A DNA stretch of 61,944 nt. Origin: Clostridia bacterium. Lineage in GTDB: Bacteria > Bacillota > Peptococcia > Peptococcales > BICA1-8. This document shows, one piece after another, positions 54,780 to 61,944 of the stretch. The position numbers and the translations under genes are program-made. The notes beneath the pieces are model-generated. The model did no database searches and was not told the origin of the DNA. It was given only the letters and a program-made list of their open reading frames with translations. How positions within the stretch are numbered: position 1 is the stretch's first letter; each line of letters begins with the position of its first letter. The stretch lies in contig JASKKI010000005.1 of the NCBI GenBank assembly GCA_030154225.1, forward strand, positions 1-61,944, given 5' to 3'.

Positions 54780-57700
54780 TTAATCCACCTTTCCACTGTA
54801 TTCCTGCAATGGTTTGACTTTACTCATAGATTCTAAGACTTCTACAACAGCCACTACCAGGTCTAAGGAAGTTAGGCAGGGAACATTGAATTCAACTGCT
54901 GCCCGGCGAATTCGAAACCCGTCCCTGGCCGGAATTTTTCCTTTAGTCAGGGTGTTAATTACAAGATCTATTTCTCCCCTTTTGATCACATCTACTACAT
55001 GGGGGCTACCTTCCTTGATTTTATTAACTTCTTCCACCTTTAAGCCTTCTTTTCTTAAAAATTCAGCTGTACCCCTAGTGGCAACTATAGAGAACCCCAG
55101 GCCTTTCAACCTTTTAAGGACAGGTAGAGCTTCTTGTTTATCTTTATTAGCGATAGTAGCCAGGACTTTTCCTCTTCGAGGAATTACATATCCTGCTCCT
55201 ATTAATGCTTTATACAAGGCTTTAGTAGGGTCTTTATCCAGGCCCAGCACTTCCCCTGTTGATTTCATCTCCGGTCCCAGGGAAGTTTCCACATCTATGA
55301 GCTTATTAAAGGAAAAAACGGGCATCTTGACGGCGACCAGGTCCCTGGGTTTAACCAGGCCGGGTTCATAGCCCAGTTCCTCTAAAGTTTTTCCCAGGAT
55401 AACCTGAGTAGCCAGGTAAACCATGGGTATACCCGTAACTTTACTCAAATAGGGAACTGTCCGGCTGGAACGGGGATTTACTTCGATTACGTAAATTTCT
55501 TCTTCATGGATAACATATTGGATATTTAACAAGCCTTTAATATTCAAGGCAACAGCCAGCTCTTTTGTGTACCGAACCAGTTTATCTATTTCTTGCTGTT
55601 CCAGAGATAAAGGTGGATACATGGCAGTACTGTCACCGGAATGGACTCCTGCTCTTTCGATATGCTCCATTATTCCGGGGATTAGGACCTCCTGGCCATC
55701 ACAAATTGCATCCACTTCTACTTCTTTGCCTATCAAATACCTATCCACCAGAACAGGATGGGCTGGTGAAATTTTAACGGCATTAGCCAGGTATTCTTCC
55801 AGTTCTTCTATAGAGTACACTATTTCCATGGCCCTGCCTCCTAAAACATAGGAAGGTCTGACCAATACAGGAAAACCTAAATCTTCGGCAATTTTCTTAG
55901 CTTCTGCCGCTGTCCGAGCCGTTTTCCCCAATGGGCGGGCAATATTTAGTTTTTCTAAAATACTATCAAATTTCTCCCTATCTTCAGCAATATCAATATT
56001 CTCCACCTGGGTACCCAGTATTTTTACTCCTGCATCATGTAGAGGTTTAGCCAGATTTACGGCAGTTTGACCACCGAACTGGACAATTACACCCAGGGGT
56101 TTTTCCTTTTCAATAACATTTAAGACATCTTCTTTAGTTAAGGGCTCAAAATACAAGCGATCAGAGGTATCAAAATCTGTACTAACGGTTTCCGGATTAT
56201 TATTAATTACTATTGATTCCAGCCCGGCCTTTTCTAAAGCCCAGGCACAGTGTACAGAACAGTAATCAAACTCTATACCCTGGCCGATCCTTATCGGCCC
56301 ACTACCCAGAACCAGGACTTTTTCTTTGTTTCCGGACAGGTTTACTTCATCGGTTTCATTATAACTGGAATAATAATAAGGTGTTACTGCTTCAAATTCA
56401 CCGGCACAGGTATCTACCATCCTAAAAACCCCTTGTATCTTCCCCTTTTTCCTTAATTCAGCTACCTCTTCCTCGGAAACACCCCAAATCCCGGCAATCT
56501 GGATATCACTAAAGCCCAGTTCTTTCGCCTTTAATAGTATTTCTCTGTCAAACTTATATTGGGGAAGGATCTCCTTTTCCCATTTGACTAGGTTATTAAA
56601 TTTATTTAAAAAGAACCTGTCGATCTGGGTTAACCGATAAATTTGCTCCACTGTATAACCCCTAGAAAAAGCTTCACCTATTAGATACAGTCTTTCATCA
56701 TCAGGATTAGCTAGTCTTTCTTCCAATTTATCTGTTGGGATATCTGCAAACTGAGGATTTAAAAACCCTCTAACATCCAGTTCCAGAGAACGGATACCCT
56801 TTTGTAATGCTGTTTCCAGGTTTCTACCGATAGCCATAACTTCTCCCGTTGCTTTCATCTGGGAACCTAAACTTCTGTTGCCAGACTGGAACTTATCAAA
56901 GGGCCAGCGGGGTATTTTTACCACTACATAATCTAAAGTTGGTTCAAAGGCGGCCTGAGTTTTACCAGTTACACTATTGGCAATCTCATCCAGATGATAA
57001 CCCAAGGCAATTTTAGCAGCTATTTTGGCAATGGGATAACCTGTTGCTTTAGAAGCCAGGGCACTGGACCTACTGACCCGAGGATTGACCTCAATTACTA
57101 CATATTCAAGCTTATGAGGATTTAAAGCAAATTGTATGTTACAACCACCCTCGATTCCCAAAGCCCTAATGATTTTTATCGAGGCAGTTCTTAACATTTG
57201 ATATTCTACATCAGATAAAGTCTGGCTGGGTGCAACTACGATACTATCTCCTGTGTGTACTCCAACAGGGTCAATATTTTCCATATTACAAATAGTTATA
57301 CAGGTATCATTGGCATCTCTCATTACTTCGTATTCTATTTCTTTCCAGCCTTTAACACTCTTCTCAATCAAAACTTGGTTAATAGCACTATACTTTAGCC
57401 CTTTACTTACTATTTCTTTAAGTTCTGTATCATTAGCAGCAAACCCACCACCAGAACCGCCCAAGGTATAGGCTGGACGTACAATTACCGGATAACCGAT
57501 TTGCTCTGCCAGTGCCTTGGCTTCTTTAATATCACTTACAATTCCACTGTTAGGAACAGGCTCCCCTATTTCTTTTAACAACTCTTTAAACAATTCCCTG
57601 TCTTCCGCCTTTCGAATAGCTTCTAGGGGAGTTCCTAAAAGCTTGACACCAGCTCTTTCCAGGATTCCACTTTCCGCTATTTCTTTAGCCAGATTAAGGC

Positions 57701-57983
57701 CAATCTGACCACCCAGGGTTGCCAAGAGTCCCTGAGGTTGCTCTGTATAAATGATCTCTTCTATGAATTCCTTGGTTAAAGGTTCTATATAAACCCTATC
57801 GGCCATGTTTTCATCAGTCATGATAGTAGCAGGATTACTGTTGACCAGGACCACTTCTATACCTTCTTCTCTTAAAGCCCGGCAGGCCTGGGTGCCGGCA
57901 TAATCAAATTCTGCTGCCTGGCCGATGATAATGGGACCTGAACCGATAACCAGGACCTTTTTGATATCCTGTCTTTTAGGCAT
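54780..57983 (-). CDS. carB: carbamoyl-phosphate synthase large subunit
   Basis: 1067 aa, two ATP-grasp halves, canonical N-terminus [21 protein letters not shown]. Confidence 0.95.
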   Translation of the reverse strand: MPKRQDIKKVLVIGSGPIIIGQAAEFDYAGTQACRALREEGIEVVLVNSNPATIMTDENMADRVYIEPLTKEFIEEIIYTEQPQGLLATLGGQIGLNLAKEIAESGILERAGVKLLGTPLEAIRKAEDRELFKELLKEIGEPVPNSGIVSDIKEAKALAEQIGYPVIVRPAYTLGGSGGGFAANDTELKEIVSKGLKYSAINQVLIEKSVKGWKEIEYEVMRDANDTCITICNMENIDPVGVHTGDSIVVAPSQTLSDVEYQMLRTASIKIIRALGIEGGCNIQFALNPHKLEYVVIEVNPRVSRSSALASKATGYPIAKIAAKIALGYHLDEIANSVTGKTQAAFEPTLDYVVVKIPRWPFDKFQSGNRSLGSQMKATGEVMAIGRNLETALQKGIRSLELDVRGFLNPQFADIPTDKLEERLANPDDERLYLIGEAFSRGYTVEQIYRLTQIDRFFLNKFNNLVKWEKEILPQYKFDREILLKAKELGFSDIQIAGIWGVSEEEVAELRKKGKIQGVFRMVDTCAGEFEAVTPYYYSSYNETDEVNLSGNKEKVLVLGSGPIRIGQGIEFDYCSVHCAWALEKAGLESIVINNNPETVSTDFDTSDRLYFEPLTKEDVLNVIEKEKPLGVIVQFGGQTAVNLAKPLHDAGVKILGTQVENIDIAEDREKFDSILEKLNIARPLGKTARTAAEAKKIAEDLGFPVLVRPSYVLGGRAMEIVYSIEELEEYLANAVKISPAHPVLVDRYLIGKEVEVDAICDGQEVLIPGIMEHIERAGVHSGDSTAMYPPLSLEQQEIDKLVRYTKELAVALNIKGLLNIQYVIHEEEIYVIEVNPRSSRTVPYLSKVTGIPMVYLATQVILGKTLEELGYEPGLVKPRDLVAVKMPVFSFNKLIDVETSLGPEMKSTGEVLGLDKDPTKALYKALIGAGYVIPRRGKVLATIANKDKQEALPVLKRLKGLGFSIVATRGTAEFLRKEGLKVEEVNKIKEGSPHVVDVIKRGEIDLVINTLTKGKIPARDGFRIRRAAVEFNVPCLTSLDLVVAVVEVLESMSKVKPLQEYSGKVD

Positions 57984-58014
57984 GCTATTTCTCCTTTCAA
58001 GTAAATTTCTCGGG

Positions 58015-59115
58015 TCAGCATCTCATGTATGCAATTCTGCAAGATACATCCAGCCTATGAAGAAATTCTTCAAACAAATACGCCGAGTCCTGGGGGCCTG
58101 GGGCTGCTTCTGGATGGTATTGAACACTGGAAATGGGTAAACTTTTATGACGTAATCCTTCAACTGTATTATCATTGAGATTGATATGGGTAACTTCAAC
58201 GTCCTTGCTCAAACTTTCCGGGTCTACAGCAAACCCGTGGTTTTGAGAAGTAATATAGACCCTTCCTGTTTTTATGTCTTTGACCGGATGATTACCACCC
58301 CGATGACCAAATTTTAATTTATAGGTTTTACCACCCAGGGCTAAACCTAAAAGCTGGTGGCCCATACATATTCCGAAAATGGGTATTTCATGTTGGATTA
58401 GTTCTTTTATAGTTTCCACCGCATAAGGAACATCTTGAGGATCACCAGGTCCATTGGATAAAAGAATTCCGTCAGGTTTATAACCCAGTATTTCAACGGC
58501 ACTAGCCTGAGCCGGTACTACAATAACAGTACAACCATGCTGCTGTAACTTCCTTAAAGAATTGTTTTTTACACCGAAGTCCATAACTACCACTCTGGTA
58601 GGTCCACCGGGTAGGGTATAGGTAAAAGGGGTACTTACTTCTTTTATTAACTGCTGTCCTGATAAAGGAGGAACTGTTTTTACCATCTCCTTTAGTTCCT
58701 CTAAATCAGTACCGTCATTGGCAATAATTCCACCCATTGTACCATGGTAACGGAGATGTTTGGTTACAGCTCTGGTATCTATCCCTTGGATACCCACTAA
58801 TTTATGCTCTTTTAGGAATTCCTGGAGACTTTCACTGGCACGCCAGTTGCTAGGACCTTCGCAACATTCTTTAATAATCAGACCCCGGGCGAAAATATTG
58901 CGACTTTCCCAATCTCCGTTATTAGTCCCATAATTTCCTATTAAGGGATAAGTGAAAGTAATAATTTCTCCGGCATAGGAAGGATCCGTTAAGATTTCCT
59001 GGTAACCTACCATACTGGTATTAAAAACTATCTCTCCCTGGGCTCTCCCTGTCCAACCCAGGCCTTCACCGCAAAAAACTGTACCATCCGTTAATACAAG
59101 GTAAGCTTTAGCCAT
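58015..59115 (-). CDS. carA: carbamoyl-phosphate synthase small subunit
   Basis: ATG at 59115 overlaps the pyrC stop (ATGGCTAA). GATase motif GICMGHQLL. Confidence 0.9.
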   Translation of the reverse strand: MAKAYLVLTDGTVFCGEGLGWTGRAQGEIVFNTSMVGYQEILTDPSYAGEIITFTYPLIGNYGTNNGDWESRNIFARGLIIKECCEGPSNWRASESLQEFLKEHKLVGIQGIDTRAVTKHLRYHGTMGGIIANDGTDLEELKEMVKTVPPLSGQQLIKEVSTPFTYTLPGGPTRVVVMDFGVKNNSLRKLQQHGCTVIVVPAQASAVEILGYKPDGILLSNGPGDPQDVPYAVETIKELIQHEIPIFGICMGHQLLGLALGGKTYKLKFGHRGGNHPVKDIKTGRVYITSQNHGFAVDPESLSKDVEVTHINLNDNTVEGLRHKSLPISSVQYHPEAAPGPQDSAYLFEEFLHRLDVSCRIAYMRC

Positions 59116-60394
59116 TAACTTCACCCTTTTTCATTATTATTTTCCCATCTTTAATGGTCATAACTGGCCAACCAGTTAACTCCCAGCCTTTATAAGGTGT
59201 ATTTTTACCTAAAGAATAAAAGTTGTCCGGATTAACTTTTTTTGTTAACCGGGAGTCAATAACCGTAATATCAGCTATTTTACCGACCTGTAAAGAACCC
59301 CTGTCTATATTCAGTATCCTGGCTGGTGCAGTACTTAAAGTATTTACTAGTTGTAAAAGATCTAAATATCCCGCTAAATAAAGCTGCCAGGCTAGGGGTA
59401 CCGCGGTTTCCAGACCTGTTATTCCAAATGGTGCATAAACAAATTCTACTTCCTTTTCTTCCCGGGCATGGGGTGCATGGTCTGTGGCAATACAATCAAT
59501 GGTTCCATCCTGTAAACCTTTAATCAAAGCCTCGACATCCTCTTTTGTTCTAAGGGGTGGGTTTACTTTAGTAGCAGTATCATACCCTGTAACAGCTTCA
59601 TGGTTTAAGGTAAAATGATGGGGTGTAACTTCAGCTGTTACTTTAACCCCCCTTTTTTTGGCCGCGCGGATAATTTCTACACCTCCCCGGGTGGTAACAT
59701 GGGCAATATGGATTCTGCTGTTTGTTAATTCGGCCAGTCTTATATCCCGGTCAATGATAATTTCTTCAGCTTCTTTGGGGATACCCGCTAAGCCTAATTT
59801 GGTACTAACCAGTCCTTCATGCATAACTCCCGAACCACCTAAATCTACATCTTCACAGTGAGTGATTATCAATAGGTCCAGCATTTTGGCATAATCTAGA
59901 GCCCGGCGCATAACACCAGAATTGGTAACAGTGAACCCATCATCAGATAAGGCCACTGCACCACATTCTTTTAATATAGCAAACTCTGTAAGTTCTTTAC
60001 CCTTCTGGCCTTTAGTAATACAGGCTATTGGATATACATTGACCAGGTCATACCTTTTAGCCCTGGCCAAAATCAGCTCTATTACTCCCTCATTATCAGC
60101 CACTGGTTGAGTATTGGGCATACAGGCAATTCCCGTAAAACCTCCTCTGCTGGCAGCCTGACAGCCTGTAAAAATAGTTTCTTTATGTTCATATCCCGGT
60201 TCTCTTAAATGTACATGCATATCAATAAAACCAGGGGCCACTACTTTATCTTTAGCATCAATTATTTCCATTTCTGGAGAGGCAGATATATTTTTATCTA
60301 ATTTGACCACTTTTCCATTTTCAATAAGGATATCCATCTGTTCACAAATATTTTGACTGGGATCAACCAATAAACCACTTTTAAGCAGAAGCAT
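59108..60394 (-). CDS. pyrC: dihydroorotase
   Basis: Motifs [10 protein letters not shown] and ATDHAPH. Overlaps the pyrB stop. Confidence 0.9.
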   Translation of the reverse strand: MLLLKSGLLVDPSQNICEQMDILIENGKVVKLDKNISASPEMEIIDAKDKVVAPGFIDMHVHLREPGYEHKETIFTGCQAASRGGFTGIACMPNTQPVADNEGVIELILARAKRYDLVNVYPIACITKGQKGKELTEFAILKECGAVALSDDGFTVTNSGVMRRALDYAKMLDLLIITHCEDVDLGGSGVMHEGLVSTKLGLAGIPKEAEEIIIDRDIRLAELTNSRIHIAHVTTRGGVEIIRAAKKRGVKVTAEVTPHHFTLNHEAVTGYDTATKVNPPLRTKEDVEALIKGLQDGTIDCIATDHAPHAREEKEVEFVYAPFGITGLETAVPLAWQLYLAGYLDLLQLVNTLSTAPARILNIDRGSLQVGKIADITVIDSRLTKKVNPDNFYSLGKNTPYKGWELTGWPVMTIKDGKIIMKKGEVNG

Positions 60395-61316
60395 TTATTT
60401 TACCTCCTCCCATTGCGTACAGTAAAGCCATGCGAATTGCCACTCCATTGGTTACCTGTTCCTCTATTACTGACTGGTAGCTTTCAGCAACATCGGCTGT
60501 TATTTCAACCCCTCTATTCATGGGACCCGGATGCATTACTAAAGCATCTTCTTTGGCCAATTTCAGCTTGTTTTTATTTAATCCAAAAAGCTTACTATAT
60601 TCCCGAATAGAAGGGAATAAACCACTTTTCTGTCTTTCCAGCTGAATTCTCAGCATCATAACTACATCAGCATCTTTTAAGGCCTTTTGTATATCCCAGG
60701 TTACATTAACTCCAAGTTTGTCCACCTGAGAAGGCATCAAGGTAGGAGGTCCACAGATCCAGACATCTGCCCCTAAAGCGTTAAGTCCCCAGATATTTGA
60801 GCGGGCTACCCTACTGTGTAAGATATCACCAATTATAGCTACTTTTTTTCCCCTTATTGTTCCCTTGTGTTCTAAGATGGTAAATATGTCCAGTAAGGCT
60901 TGAGTTGGATGCTCGTGAGTTCCGTCCCCGGCATTAATAACCCGAGCCTTTACTGCTTGAGCTAAAATATGGTGGGCGCCACTGGCAGGATGCCGCATAA
61001 CAACTACATCTGCCCCCATACTTTCAATGGTTTTAGCTGTATCTCGTAGGCTTTCACCTTTAGCTACACTGCTAGAACTGGCACTGATGTTGATAACATC
61101 TGCTCCCATGTATTTACCGGCCAATTCAAAAGAACTGCGGGTACGAGTGCTGTTTTCATAAAACAGGTTTATTATTGCTTTTCCCCTTAAAGTGGGAACC
61201 TTTTTTATTTCCCGGTTAATAATCTCTTTCATTGATTTAGCATTAGTGAAAATTTCATGTATTTCCTGAATAGATAAATCCGACAAGCTGATTAGGTCTT
61301 TACTATTTATACCCAT
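60381..61316 (-). CDS. pyrB: aspartate carbamoyltransferase catalytic subunit
   Basis: Motifs STRTRSSFE and HPTQALLD. Confidence 0.95.
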   Translation of the reverse strand: MGINSKDLISLSDLSIQEIHEIFTNAKSMKEIINREIKKVPTLRGKAIINLFYENSTRTRSSFELAGKYMGADVINISASSSSVAKGESLRDTAKTIESMGADVVVMRHPASGAHHILAQAVKARVINAGDGTHEHPTQALLDIFTILEHKGTIRGKKVAIIGDILHSRVARSNIWGLNALGADVWICGPPTLMPSQVDKLGVNVTWDIQKALKDADVVMMLRIQLERQKSGLFPSIREYSKLFGLNKNKLKLAKEDALVMHPGPMNRGVEITADVAESYQSVIEEQVTNGVAIRMALLYAMGGGKINASA

Positions 61317-61352
61317 AGGTTTACCTCCTTTGGTTAGTTATTATCTATATGG

Positions 61353-61383
61353 AACAAAAGCCGGGTCATAAGACCCGGCAAGC
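61353..61383 (-). terminator. attenuator terminator, proximal (pyr leader)
   Basis: Minus strand: GCCGGGTC-ttat-GACCCGGC followed by TTTTGTT. Its 5' flank CTTGCCGG can pair with CCGGTAAG of the binding loop. Confidence 0.7.
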
Positions 61384-61467
61384 AAGTAAGGTTAGTTACA
61401 GATAGGTATAGTTCTTCTTCCTTCTGTAGTACTGTAGCACTATAACACTGTAGCACTACTATTTTAA

Positions 61468-61500
61468 TTCCTTACCGGCCTCACAGGACCAATTTAAAGG
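61468..61500 (-). promoter_or_regulatory. PyrR-binding-loop-like element, proximal
   Basis: Minus strand: CCUUUAAAUUGGUCCUGUGAGGCCGGUAAGGAA. Confidence 0.7.
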
Positions 61501-61604
61501 ATAATATTAAATTAGAATTCCGCTACCTTAGATTAAAATTATATAATGAAAGGGGACACACCTCTCTTTGAAGCCAGACGTGAGGGCAGAGGAATGTCCC
61601 CAAT

Positions 61605-61634
61605 TAATAAAGCCGGATCTCAAGATCCGGCAAG
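61605..61634 (-). terminator. attenuator terminator, distal (pyr leader)
   Basis: Minus strand: GCCGGATC-ttga-GATCCGGC followed by TTTATT. Confidence 0.6.
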
Positions 61635-61718
61635 TAAGTAATACTTATTTACAACTAGAGCTAGTTCTACATCTTTTTTGTAACACTGTAGAACTATAGC
61701 ACTACTACTGTTGTTTAA

Positions 61719-61751
61719 TTCCTTGCCGGCCTCACGGGACCGATTTAAAGG
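61719..61751 (-). promoter_or_regulatory. PyrR-binding-loop-like element, distal
   Basis: Minus strand: CCUUUAAAUCGGUCCCGUGAGGCCGGCAAGGAA. Confidence 0.7.
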
Positions 61752-61944
61752 TAGATATTTATTTTAATAATTATGTTGTATATTTTTAATTATTATAACC
61801 TTCTTTAAAAAAAATAACAAGTTAAATTTACTTAAAATATTTTTAGGTTCATTGTAAAATTAAATGCAACAGGTAAAATGCATGTAAAAAAATAAACAAC
61901 CATAGTGAGAAATCATGTATGATTTAGGTGTCTAGTCCAAACAT

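Overview
This is a low-GC window that is almost fully coding, from a spore-forming, nitrogen-fixing Firmicute that looks like Clostridia. All family calls come from motif recognition by eye; no searches were run. From left to right the window contains: (1) A spore-surface-type region at 1-9.9 kb. It holds two CAP/YkwD-like proteins, an Asp-box plus coiled-coil protein, a Thr-rich putative glycoprotein with GT4, GT2 and methyltransferase genes, a clostripain-like C11 peptidase, and coiled-coil proteins built on perfect DNA tandem repeats. (2) A region of apparent late-sporulation genes at 9.9-14.6 kb. It includes a tandem array of eight 38-48 aa hydrophobic peptide genes that are absent from the supplied ORF track. 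Most have a mother-cell-type promoter (AC-N15-17-CATAnnnTA) and a terminator. This is my top candidate for an undescribed system. (3) A GerA-C-B germinant receptor locus whose intergenic spacers are filled with about 31-bp phased repeats around a GTCWGAC palindrome. (4) Housekeeping and membrane genes: DUF3842, MFS, DUF441, DUF2619, DUF1657, a membrane-embedded Mrr-like protein, a dapB-like gene, ubiE/ubiX/ubiA, an orphan sporulation-type histidine kinase and a TRAP transporter. (5) pyrC2-pyrK-pyrD next to a PucR-type regulator. (6) A complete Mo-nitrogenase cluster: nifH-nifI1-nifI2-nifD-nifK-nifE-nifN-nifB-fdx-anfO-like-nifV-omega-nifV-alpha. A long leader with two intrinsic terminators precedes it. 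(7) pyrB-pyrC-carA-carB-pyrF-pyrE behind two tandem PyrR attenuators. No rRNA, tRNA, CRISPR array or intact mobile element was seen.
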